Shown in pieces: positions 9,171 through 17,057 of a stretch of 41,745 bases of DNA. The position numbers and the translations under genes are program-made. The notes under the pieces are model-generated. The model saw only the letters and a list, made by a program, of their open reading frames with translations, ran no database searches and was not told the DNA's origin. The stretch's first letter is position 1, and every line of letters starts with the position of its first letter. Source of the DNA: Gemmatimonadota bacterium (GTDB lineage Bacteria > Gemmatimonadota > Gemmatimonadetes > Gemmatimonadales > GWC2-71-9); assembly GCA_039933355.1 (NCBI GenBank), contig JBDTOH010000001.1:1-41745 (forward strand). The letters are read 5' to 3'.

Positions 9171-9610
9171 CGCGCGATTCGGCGCCCGAGCAGCGCGCAG
9201 CCTAACAGACAGATCACCGCCAGCCCGAGCAGCCCGCTTCGGCCGAGTGCCATGTCGACGGGTTTGGCGACCAACGAAAATACGACCGTCGCGAACCCGC
9301 ACACCATCGCGAGCATGCCCTGACGAAACGGGTTCTTGATCGGCGCGAGCACGATCCACGCGGCGATCCCCGCGGCGAGGATCGCGGCGCCCGTTCCTCC
9401 GAGCAGCACCAGCGCGGGCGCCGAGTTCATGTCGATAGTGGTGGCGGGTGGAGCACCGGCTTGGAGCGTGCGAACCACCCAAACCACCAGCGCGTTGAGC
9501 CCGGTTCCCAGGATCACCGCGAAGGGCAGGGCCAGGAACGCGAGCCCGACATAGTCTTGCTTCGGCGCATCGGCGCCGAACGGGTTCGGAGAAGGCGGGG
9601 GAGCGGTCAT
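9155..9610 (-). CDS. hypothetical integral membrane protein (about 4 TM helices)
   Basis: Starts at ATG 9610 (MTAPPPSPNPF...). Hydrophobic helices run throughout. It sits immediately upstream of lipB and overlaps it. Confidence 0.5.
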   Translation of the reverse strand: MTAPPPSPNPFGADAPKQDYVGLAFLALPFAVILGTGLNALVVWVVRTLQAGAPPATTIDMNSAPALVLLGGTGAAILAAGIAAWIVLAPIKNPFRQGMLAMVCGFATVVFSLVAKPVDMALGRSGLLGLAVICLLGCALLGRRIARWRPA

Positions 9611-9724
9611 CAGAGCAAAATAGCGGGGGTGGTGGGCTGCCTGACACTTACGAGGCCGATCTCCGTAGTAGCGGGGACGCTGCTCCCGGGCGGCTCCGAA
9701 CCCCTCATTCAATCTGGAGGTCGT

Positions 9725-9964
9725 GTGGGTCTACTCTGGACAATTCTCATCGGTTTCGTGATCGGTTCGCTGGCCAAATTCCTGCTCCCCGGCAAAGATC
9801 CCAGTGGCTTCTTGGTTACCACCCTCCTCGGCATCTGCGGCTCGTGGTTTGGCTCGTGGATCTTCGGGCTGGTAGGCTGGGGAGGCGGGGCCGGATTCAT
9901 CGGGTCGGTGATCGGAGCGGTGTTGCTGCTCGTGATCTATCGAGCGGTGAAGAACAAGAGCTAG
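9725..9964 (+). CDS. GlsB/YeaQ/YmgE family stress-response membrane protein (transglycosylase-associated)
   Basis: 79 aa (VGLLWTILIGFVIGSLAKFLLPGKDP...GSVIGAVLLLVIY), typical of the family. The start is GTG 9725, 4 nt after GGAGG. Confidence 0.75.
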   Translation: MGLLWTILIGFVIGSLAKFLLPGKDPSGFLVTTLLGICGSWFGSWIFGLVGWGGGAGFIGSVIGAVLLLVIYRAVKNKS

Positions 9965-9965
9965 T

Positions 9966-10064
9966 GGGAATAGGGAATGGGGAATCGGGAATCGAACACG
10001 CGAAGGGGCGCTCACCGTACCCCGATCCGTCGTCTCCATTCCCGATTCCCCATTTCCTATTGCC
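9966..10064. terminator. heptamer-periodic long hairpin filling a convergent intergenic gap (candidate bidirectional terminator)
   Basis: The left arm (9966-9993) is GGGAATA GGGAATG GGGAATC GGGAATC. The right arm (10037-10064) is CATTCCC GATTCCC CATTTCC TATTGCC. Complementarity is 25 of 28 positions, with a 43-nt loop. The element sits exactly between the glsB-like stop (9964) and the lpdA stop (10064). Confidence 0.75.
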
Positions 10065-11458
10065 TACGTATGAATCACCCTCCCCATCGAATCCAAACAA
10101 GCTTCAGCGATCGCCTCCGACAGCGTCGGGTGCGCGTGAATCGCGAGATCGATCTCCTCGACCGTGTACTCGTTCTCCCGCCCGACGACCAGCTCGTGGA
10201 TCATCTCCGAGGCGTGACTCGCGACGATGTGGGCGCCGAGAATCTCGCCGTACTTCTTGTCGCGGATGATCTTCACGAACCCCTCCGTCTCCATCGAAGC
10301 CCGGGCCCGGCCGTTCGCTGACATCGGAAAGCGGCCGACCTGGAAATCGAGCTTCTGCGCCTTACACTGATCCTCGGTGAGCCCGATGCTCGCGACCTCT
10401 GGATGGCAATACGTCACGCTCGGCACGTTGTCGTACATGATCCGGTGCGGCTTGTGCCCGGCGATCAGCTCCACGACGTAAGTGCCCTCCCGGCTTCCCT
10501 TGTGCGCCAGCATGGGGGGACCCGCCACGTCACCGATGCAATAGACCCCTTTCGCGGTCGTCTCGAGCGTCGCCAGGTCGACTTTGACGAAACCGCGATC
10601 GGTGAGCTCGACGCCCGCTTCCTTGAAGCCCATGTTCTCAGTATTGACCGCTCGGCCCGCCGCCATCAGGACTTTGTCGACGGTGATCGTTTCCTTCTGG
10701 CCGGCGGTTTCGATTTCCAGCGTGACACTCGCCGGGCCGACCGTTGCCTTGAGAACTTTGGCGCCCGCGAGCACCGTCATTCCGCGCTTCCTGAAGCTCT
10801 TGGCGATGACTTCCGACGACTCGGCATCCTCGATCGGGAGAATCCGGGGAAGCGCTTCGATCAGCGTCACCGCCGTGCCAAAGGCGTTGAAGATATCGGC
10901 GAACTCGGTGCCGACGGCCCCGGCGCCGATGATCGCGAGCGACGCCGGCGCCTTGTCGAGAAAGAGCGCCTCGTCGGAGCTGATCACCGTCGTCTTGTTG
11001 ATCTCGAGGCCGATCTGCGGGATGCCTTTCACGCGCGACCCGGTGGCGATGATGACCGCCTTGGTGGCGGTGTGCGTCTCGTCGCCGACCTTGACCTTCT
11101 TTCCGGGAAGAAGGGTGCCGGCGCCCTTGATGACCGTGACCTTGTTCTTCTTCATCAGGAACTCGACGCCTTTCGAGTTCTGCTCGGATACCTGGCGCGA
11201 CCGCTTCATCGCGACACCGTAATCGGTCGTGACCGCCCCGACTCCGATGCCGAGGGCTTTGGCATCGTGCCGGATCACGTTCGCCACGGACGCGCTCTGA
11301 AGCAGCGCCTTGGTCGGGATGCAACCGATGTTGACGCACACGCCGCCGAGCTTGTCCTTCTCCACCACCGCGGTGGAGAGCCCGAGCTGGGCGGCGCGGA
11401 TAGCGCACACGTAACCGGCGGGACCGCCGCCGAGGATGATGACGTCGAAGGTGGACAC
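10064..11458 (-). CDS. lpdA: dihydrolipoyl dehydrogenase (E3)
   Basis: 464 aa. It has the FAD motif GGGPAGY, the redox-active disulfide GGVCVNIGCIPTK, and the C-terminal HAHPTLSE. The start is GTG 11458 with GGAG 7 nt upstream. Confidence 0.92.
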   Translation of the reverse strand: MSTFDVIILGGGPAGYVCAIRAAQLGLSTAVVEKDKLGGVCVNIGCIPTKALLQSASVANVIRHDAKALGIGVGAVTTDYGVAMKRSRQVSEQNSKGVEFLMKKNKVTVIKGAGTLLPGKKVKVGDETHTATKAVIIATGSRVKGIPQIGLEINKTTVISSDEALFLDKAPASLAIIGAGAVGTEFADIFNAFGTAVTLIEALPRILPIEDAESSEVIAKSFRKRGMTVLAGAKVLKATVGPASVTLEIETAGQKETITVDKVLMAAGRAVNTENMGFKEAGVELTDRGFVKVDLATLETTAKGVYCIGDVAGPPMLAHKGSREGTYVVELIAGHKPHRIMYDNVPSVTYCHPEVASIGLTEDQCKAQKLDFQVGRFPMSANGRARASMETEGFVKIIRDKKYGEILGAHIVASHASEMIHELVVGRENEYTVEEIDLAIHAHPTLSEAIAEACLDSMGRVIHT

Positions 11459-11472
11459 GATTTACTCCACTA

Positions 11473-11539
11473 GGGTTCGGGGTTCGCGACCTGGGGACTG
11501 GGGACTGGGGACTGGGGACCGGGGTTCCGAGCTCCGAGC
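11473..11539. repeat. tandem heptamers in the E2-lpdA intercistronic spacer: (GGGTTCG)x2, (CTGGGGA)x4, (TCCGAGC)x2
   Basis: Read directly, and confirmed by the translation SPVPSPQSP of ORF 11462..11644. On the transcribed (minus) strand the central unit is CCCCAGT. The plus strand carries 5 GGGG runs with 3-nt spacers (11493..11524). Confidence 0.85.
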
Positions 11540-11550
11540 CGCGAACGGTT

Positions 11551-12894
11551 TCACCACACCAGCGCCAGGGGGTTCTCCAGCATCATCTTCACGGTCCTGA
11601 GGAATGCGGCGCCGGTCGCTCCGTCGATCACCCGGTGATCGCACGACATCGTCACCCGCATTCGCCGCTGCGGCATGATCTGCCCGCCGACCACCGTCGG
11701 CACCTCCGCGATCCGGCCGATGGCGAGAATGCCGGACTCCGGCGGGTTAATGACGGCGGTGAAGTGCTCAATGTCGAACATCCCGAGGTTCGAGATCGAG
11801 AACGTCGCGCCGGTGTACTCCTCGGGCTTGAGCTTGCGCTCGCGCGCCCGCCCGGCCAACTCCTTCGATTCCGCGCTGATCTCGCGGAGCGACTTCTGAT
11901 CGGCGTTCCGGATCACCGGCGTGATCAGGCCGTCCTCGACCGCGACCGCCATGCCGACGTGAACCTCGTTCCAGTACCGGATCTTGTCGTCTTGCCACCA
12001 CGCGTTGCAGGCGCGATGCTGCCGAAGCGCCGCGGCGACCGCCTTCACCACGATGTCGTTGAACGACACCTTGCCCGCGTCGCCGGCCTGCGCCTTGAGC
12101 GCCTCCCGCGCGTCCCACGCGCGTTCCATGTCGATCTCGGCGGTGAGATAGAACGTCGGGATCGGACCGATCGATTGGGCCAGGCGCTTGGCGATGGTCT
12201 TTCGGATCTGCGTGAGCGGGACATCCTCGAACGGTGCGCCGGACGTGCGAATCGGTGCGCGCGGTGCGGCCCCTGTCGCTGCAACGGGCGTGGGCGCTGT
12301 GGTTGGGACAGGGGTGGGCGTTGCTTTGTCGAGATCCCGCTTGATGATCCGTCCTTCTGGCCCCGACCCCGCCACTCCCGCGAGGTCGATCCCCTTGTCC
12401 GACGCGATCTTCTTGGCGAGGGGCGATGCCTTGATCCTGCCGTCGATAGCACCCGCCCCTCCGCCGGGCTGAGCCTTCGCGGATTGGGCCGGCGTGGCCG
12501 CATCCGCCGCCGCGGGAGCTTCACGCGCCGGAGGCGCTTCAGCAGCCGGCGCTGACTCGGCGGCCGGCGCCGCCGCGGTCTCACCTGCCGCCTTGCCGCC
12601 TTGCCGCCCTGCCGCCTGCCCTGCCGCCGCGGCCCCATCGTCCCCCACGGCTTCACCGGCAGCGCCAATCCACCCGACCAGTGAGGATACGGGAACCGTC
12701 GCCCCCGCAGCGACCACCTGCTTGAGCAGCTGGCCCGCAGCCCGCGCGACCAGCTCCATCACCGCCTTGTCCGTTTCCACCTCCGCGAGCACATCCCCGA
12801 CCGCGACCGCGTCGCCTTCCTTCTTCTTCCACTCGACGAGGCGTCCCTCCTCCATGGTCGGCGAAAGAGCCTCCATCACGATCTTCGTCGCCAT
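11551..12894 (-). CDS. pdhC: pyruvate dehydrogenase E2, dihydrolipoamide acetyltransferase (single lipoyl domain)
   Basis: 447 aa. It has a lipoyl-lysine motif (ETDKAVMEL), an Ala/Pro/Gly linker, a peripheral-subunit-binding domain (ASPLAKKIA), and the catalytic DHRVIDG. Confidence 0.9.
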   Translation of the reverse strand: MATKIVMEALSPTMEEGRLVEWKKKEGDAVAVGDVLAEVETDKAVMELVARAAGQLLKQVVAAGATVPVSSLVGWIGAAGEAVGDDGAAAAGQAAGRQGGKAAGETAAAPAAESAPAAEAPPAREAPAAADAATPAQSAKAQPGGGAGAIDGRIKASPLAKKIASDKGIDLAGVAGSGPEGRIIKRDLDKATPTPVPTTAPTPVAATGAAPRAPIRTSGAPFEDVPLTQIRKTIAKRLAQSIGPIPTFYLTAEIDMERAWDAREALKAQAGDAGKVSFNDIVVKAVAAALRQHRACNAWWQDDKIRYWNEVHVGMAVAVEDGLITPVIRNADQKSLREISAESKELAGRARERKLKPEEYTGATFSISNLGMFDIEHFTAVINPPESGILAIGRIAEVPTVVGGQIMPQRRMRVTMSCDHRVIDGATGAAFLRTVKMMLENPLALVW

Positions 12895-12928
12895 TCGTTA
12901 GGCTCCTCGGCCGTTCGTGCCCGCGCCG

Positions 12929-13906
12929 CTAGACATACAGCACCTGCTTCACCGCGGCGATCACTTTCGGCACGTCGACCTTGGAGGCCCGCTCCAGCGT
13001 CTTGTTGTACGGCATCGGAACATCCGCGCCCGTGACGCGAATGATCGGGGCGTCGAGCGAATCGAAGGCGTTGCGCTGGATCACGTCGACCACCTGCGCG
13101 CCGACCCCGGCAAACGGCCAGCCCTCTTCCGCGACGACGCACCGGTTGGTCTTGACGATCGATGCAAGAATCGCTTCGGTATCGAGTGGGCGGATCGTCC
13201 GGAGGTCGAGCACTTCGGCCTTGATCCCTTCTTCGGCGAGCTGATCGGCGGCTTTGAGCGCGATCGCCACGGTCTTCGAGTGACAGACGATCGTGACATC
13301 GGTGCCCGCCCGCTTGACCTCTGCTTCGCCGATCGGAGTCAAGTACTCCTGATCCGGCACGTCGCCCTTCTGATTGTAGAGCATCTCGCCTTCGATGAAG
13401 ACGACCGGATCGTCGTCGCGGATCGCGCTCTTCAAGAGGCCCTTGGCGTCCGCCGCGGTCGCCGGGGTCACGACCTTGAGCCCTGGGATGTGAGCGTACC
13501 AGCTCTCCCATGACTGACTGTGCTGCGCCGCGAGCTGGAGCGCCGAGCCGCCGGGCCCGCGGAACACGATCGGGATCGAGAACTGCCCGCCCGACATGTA
13601 GCGGATCTTGGCGGCGGAGTTGACGATCTCGTCGATCGCGAGGAGCGCGAAGTTCCAGGTCATCATCTCGATGACCGGCCGGAGCCCCACCATCGCCGCT
13701 CCCACGCCGATTCCCGTAAACCCCAGCTCGGCGATCGGCGTATCAACGACGCGCTTCGGTCCGAACTCCTTGAGAAGCCCGCGGCTCACTTTGTACGCCC
13801 CGTCGTACTCCGCGACTTCCTCGCCCATGAGGAAGACCCGGTCGTCCAGCTTCATCTCTTCACGGAGCGCCTGATTCAGCGCATCGCGGTAGGTGATGAC
13901 GGCCAT
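12929..13906 (-). CDS. pdhB: pyruvate dehydrogenase E1 beta subunit
   Basis: Homology starts at ATG 13906 (MAVITYRDALNQALREEM), preceded by GAGGAG. The upstream part of the ORF (to 14023) is translation of the repeat element. Confidence 0.9.
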   Translation of the reverse strand: MAVITYRDALNQALREEMKLDDRVFLMGEEVAEYDGAYKVSRGLLKEFGPKRVVDTPIAELGFTGIGVGAAMVGLRPVIEMMTWNFALLAIDEIVNSAAKIRYMSGGQFSIPIVFRGPGGSALQLAAQHSQSWESWYAHIPGLKVVTPATAADAKGLLKSAIRDDDPVVFIEGEMLYNQKGDVPDQEYLTPIGEAEVKRAGTDVTIVCHSKTVAIALKAADQLAEEGIKAEVLDLRTIRPLDTEAILASIVKTNRCVVAEEGWPFAGVGAQVVDVIQRNAFDSLDAPIIRVTGADVPMPYNKTLERASKVDVPKVIAAVKQVLYV

Positions 13907-13917
13907 CAGGATCTCCT

Positions 13918-14000
13918 CGGAAATCGGAAGGCGGAAATCGGAAGTGAGGACATCACGAGGTCCCCCCGGTTTCCGGTTTCCGATTTCCGACTTCCGTCGC
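13918..14000. repeat. heptamer-periodic inverted repeat element, copy B, at the pdhA-pdhB junction
   Basis: The left arm is CGGAAAT CGGAAGG CGGAAAT CGGAAGT (13918-13945). The right arm is CCGGTTT CCGGTTT CCGATTT CCGACTT (13966-13993). About 21 of 24 positions pair in the best register. The pdhA stop lies in the loop, and the pdhB SD directly follows the element on the mRNA. Confidence 0.85.
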
Positions 14001-14999
14001 ATAGACATCGCGGTGGAGCGCATCCAATTCCGGCTCGGGCGATTCGTCGGCGAACTTATACGCGTCCTCGACCTCCGCGAGCGCTTCCGCGTTGAGCTGC
14101 TCGTAACCCGGGTCGTCGAGGTATCCGCCGGCCCGCATAACGTCGGCGAGCACCTTGATCGGGTCGCGCCGCCGGTATTCTTCTACTTCGTCCTTGGTGC
14201 GGTAGGTGCCGTGGGCCGCGTCCGACATCGAGTGGCCGACGTATCGGTAGGTCCGCATCTCGAGCAGCGTCGGCTTCGATTCAGTCCGGGCTCGCTCGAC
14301 AGCCTTGTCCACGGCCGCGCGGACCGTGAGCACGTTCTGGCCATCTACCTGCTCGGCGGGCATGTCATAGGCCGAGCCGCGGACTGAGAGGCCGGTCACC
14401 GCGCTCGCGCGGGCGACCGCCGTGCCCATGCCGTAGCCGTTGTTCTCGCAGATGAAGACCGCCGGCAACTTCCACAGGCCGGCCATGTTGAGCGTCTCGT
14501 GGAACGCGCCGATGTTGACCGCGGCCTCGCCGAAGAAGCAGACCGAGACTTGGTCGCCCCCGCGGTACTTGATCGCGAACGCGGCCCCGGCCGCGAGCGG
14601 GATGTGGCTGCCGACGATTCCGTGCCCACCGAGAAAGCCTAACGACTTGTCGAAGATGTGCATCGAGCCGCCCTTGCCGTGCGAGCAGCCGGTTGCCTTG
14701 CCGAGGAGCTCCGCCATGACGGCCCGCGCCGCGATCCCGCGGGCCAGCGCATGGCCGTGCTCGCGATAGGCGGAGATGACGTAGTCGTCGGGACGAAGGG
14801 CGGCGAGCGCCCCGACCGCGACCGCTTCCTGGCCGATGTACAAATGACAGAACCCGCCGATTTTTCCGAGCGAGTACGCTTCGCCCGCCTTTTCCTCGAA
14901 CCGGCGGATCAGGAGCATCTGCCGGAGGTAGCGGCGGTGGAGCTCGGCCGTCGCGGCATCCACCTTGGTCGGCGGCTTGGGCGCCGCTGTTGTCGCCAT
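13953..14999 (-). CDS. pdhA: pyruvate dehydrogenase E1 alpha subunit
   Basis: Starts at ATG 14999 (MATTAAPKPP...), overlapping the lipA stop by 1 nt (TGATG). It has the alpha-proteobacterial/mitochondrial-type motif RRFEEKAGEAYSLGKIGGFCHLYIGQEA. The last ~15 codons (ATEVGNRKPETGGTS) are encoded by a heptamer repeat arm. Confidence 0.9.
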   Translation of the reverse strand: MATTAAPKPPTKVDAATAELHRRYLRQMLLIRRFEEKAGEAYSLGKIGGFCHLYIGQEAVAVGALAALRPDDYVISAYREHGHALARGIAARAVMAELLGKATGCSHGKGGSMHIFDKSLGFLGGHGIVGSHIPLAAGAAFAIKYRGGDQVSVCFFGEAAVNIGAFHETLNMAGLWKLPAVFICENNGYGMGTAVARASAVTGLSVRGSAYDMPAEQVDGQNVLTVRAAVDKAVERARTESKPTLLEMRTYRYVGHSMSDAAHGTYRTKDEVEEYRRRDPIKVLADVMRAGGYLDDPGYEQLNAEALAEVEDAYKFADESPEPELDALHRDVYATEVGNRKPETGGTS

Positions 15000-15961
15000 C
15001 AGGAGCTCCTCTTCGCCTTCGCCTGGTCCACTTGCTCCCAAGCGTGGTAGCTGGAGCGGGTCAGCGGGCTCGCCTCCACATGATCGAAGCCGAGCCGGAG
15101 CCCGATCGCCCGAAGCTCGGCGAACTCGCCGGGAGCGTAGAACCGGGCGACCGGAAGGTGGCTCGCCGTGGGACGGAGGTACTGCCCGATCGTGAGAATG
15201 TTGACATCGCTCCGCCGCAGGTCTTTCATCGCCTGGACCAGCTCGTCCCACTCCTCGCCCATTCCAACGATGATTCCCGACTTGGTCAGGGCATCGGGAT
15301 CGATCCGCCGCGCGTTCGCCAGGAGATCGAGCGCACGCTGGTAGCGTCCCCCCGGACGCGCCAGCCGATAGAGCCGGTCCACCGTCTCGAGATTGTGATT
15401 GAGGATGGCAGGCTTGGCGTCGAGCACCAGCCGGAGCGCAGTCTCGGAGCCCTTGAAGTCGGGAATCAGCACTTCGACCGAGCTGTCGGGGAGTCGTTTC
15501 CGAATCTCCGTGATGCAGCTCGCGAAGGCCTCCGCGCCGCCGTTAGGTAAGTCGTCCCGATCGACCGACGTGATCACAACGTGCTGGAGCCCCATCTCCG
15601 CGACCGCCTCGGCGAGCCGGACCGGCTCCACCGGGTCGAACGGCTTCGGGGTTCCATGCGCCACCGCGCAGTAGGCACAATTCCGGGTACACACATCGCC
15701 CAGAATCATGAACGTCGCCGCTTTGTGCTCCCAGCATTCGCCGATGTTGGGGCAACGGGCTTCCTCGCAGACCGTATGGAGGCCGAGGTCGCGCATCAGC
15801 GCTTTGATTCGAGCGTAGTTCGGCCCGCCGGGCGCCTTCACCTTGAGCCAGCTCGGCTTCCGCTCCAGCGGAACTGCGACTGAAACAGGGCGGTTGACCT
15901 CGGGAATGGCCGGGGCGCGGGTCAGTTGTACGAGAGGTAGCGCCACTCGGGATCTCCTCAT
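14999..15961 (-). CDS. lipA: lipoyl synthase (radical SAM)
   Basis: It has the CEEARCPNIGEC auxiliary cluster motif and the radical-SAM CTRNCAYC. The start is either ATG 15961 or TTG 15979, and neither has a good Shine-Dalgarno. Confidence 0.9.
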   Translation of the reverse strand: MRRSRVALPLVQLTRAPAIPEVNRPVSVAVPLERKPSWLKVKAPGGPNYARIKALMRDLGLHTVCEEARCPNIGECWEHKAATFMILGDVCTRNCAYCAVAHGTPKPFDPVEPVRLAEAVAEMGLQHVVITSVDRDDLPNGGAEAFASCITEIRKRLPDSSVEVLIPDFKGSETALRLVLDAKPAILNHNLETVDRLYRLARPGGRYQRALDLLANARRIDPDALTKSGIIVGMGEEWDELVQAMKDLRRSDVNILTIGQYLRPTASHLPVARFYAPGEFAELRAIGLRLGFDHVEASPLTRSSYHAWEQVDQAKAKRSS

Positions 15962-16046
15962 CCGAAATGTCGGTACCAACGTCGGTACCGAGCCACCTAG
16001 AATAGCAGCAGACGAGGTTGGACGGAAGCTGAGGCAGGGCTATGGG

Positions 16047-16547
16047 TTACGTTCTGGCGCGAGGCTCAGGTTTCGGCCCGCTCTTTCCCGTCGATTCAGC
16101 GCCCACCCGGTCGCCCGGCACGGGCTCGACAAGGAGGCCGGGAATCCGGTCGAACTCCTTACGATTCCCGGTCATGACTGCGAACCCGTTAGCATGGGCG
16201 GTGCTGGCGATGACGAGGTCTCGGTCCCCGACCGGTTGCTGTCGGAGCGCCAACCTCATCTCGGCGTGGCAGTTGGCGGCCTCCCGATCGAACGGAAGGA
16301 CTCCAATCCCGCTTTCCAGGATCGATTCCACATGCTCGAGGTTGCCGTCCGGATCCCGGCTCAACAGGGCGCCGTAGCGGAGCTCGGCGACGGTCATCGT
16401 TGCGACGGCGAGATCGGCGGGAGAGAGAGCGCGAAGCAGCGCGACGACTGCCGGCTTCTGCCGCAGCCAATCCACGCAGACGTCGGTGTCCAACAAATAC
16501 GGTCCGTGGCCCCGCACCCCCGAGGTGGTCTCAGTCCTCAGGGCCAT
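16047..16547 (-). CDS. vapC: type II toxin, PIN-domain ribonuclease VapC
   Basis: It has YLLDTDV at the N-terminus and conserved acidic residues, and ends with FDRIPGLLVE followed by a ~25-aa tail. The start is ATG 16547 (overlapping the vapB stop by 17 nt) or GTG 16517. Confidence 0.75.
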   Translation of the reverse strand: MALRTETTSGVRGHGPYLLDTDVCVDWLRQKPAVVALLRALSPADLAVATMTVAELRYGALLSRDPDGNLEHVESILESGIGVLPFDREAANCHAEMRLALRQQPVGDRDLVIASTAHANGFAVMTGNRKEFDRIPGLLVEPVPGDRVGAESTGKSGPKPEPRART

Positions 16548-16821
16548 CTGCGTCCATCCGACGGAGCGCCGCGTCCCGATGCGGCGCCGGTGGGAGGGGG
16601 GCGGGAGCGCTGAAATCGTCGGTCACCGGGCCGGCTCGATCGAACCAGCGCCAGAAGCCGGAAGGCCACTTGGGTTTGTCGATTGGCTCCAAGATCACAC
16701 GGTTACCCTCCCGTCGGGCACGCACGAATTTCCCCTCGAACCGAAACGCTGCCGGGAGCCGAACGGCTTGGCTTCCGCCGGTCGTAAACAGCGCCGCTCG
16801 ATATTCCTCGGGCACCGCCAT
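16531..16821 (-). CDS. vapB: type II antitoxin VapB (AbrB/SpoVT-like fold)
   Basis: Starts at ATG 16821 (MAVPEEYRAALFTTGGSQAVRLPAAFRFEG...). The swapped-hairpin motif GGSQAVRLP is present, and the gene sits directly upstream of the PIN gene. Confidence 0.7.
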   Translation of the reverse strand: MAVPEEYRAALFTTGGSQAVRLPAAFRFEGKFVRARREGNRVILEPIDKPKWPSGFWRWFDRAGPVTDDFSAPAPLPPAPHRDAALRRMDADGPED

Positions 16822-16836
16822 CCCCCCGCCTGAGAT

Positions 16837-16860
16837 GTAGCTACTATATATACTTCTCGC
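16837..16860 (+). promoter_or_regulatory. GTAGCTAC palindrome plus the TATATATACTTCTCGC box in the vapB / serine-hydrolase divergent region
   Basis: This is the only AT-rich patch in the 236-bp divergent spacer. An 8-bp perfect palindrome (16837-16844) abuts the TATATA box, which lies ~26 nt upstream of the vapB ATG on the other strand. The palindrome is a candidate VapB operator, and the box could act as a -10 in either direction. Confidence 0.4.
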
Positions 16861-17057
16861 AGTTTCCGCAAGGACCCTCGGCGATGGCGACAAAGTAGGC
16901 GTCTGCATGGCCTCAAAGTCGCATGCCAGAAACTCTCGCGCGTAACCCGAATCTCGCAGGGGCGGACCGACAAGACGCAGCGGCGCCGGGCGGATTTGCC
17001 GGCGACTCCCCGCTATGTTCCGCAGTCCAATCCAACGACTCCAAGGCGTGGCATCTC

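Noticed and set aside
12480-12680. Low-complexity GCC/GCG-rich repeats (for example CCGCCTTGCCGCCTTGCCGCC) occur inside the E2 gene, and a CTTSCCGC x3 octamer tract occurs at 27807..27830.
   Set aside because: The E2 tract encodes the expected Ala/Pro/Gly inter-domain linker. The octamer tract just after the DAO-family gene stop is short, and I could not tie it to any structure.
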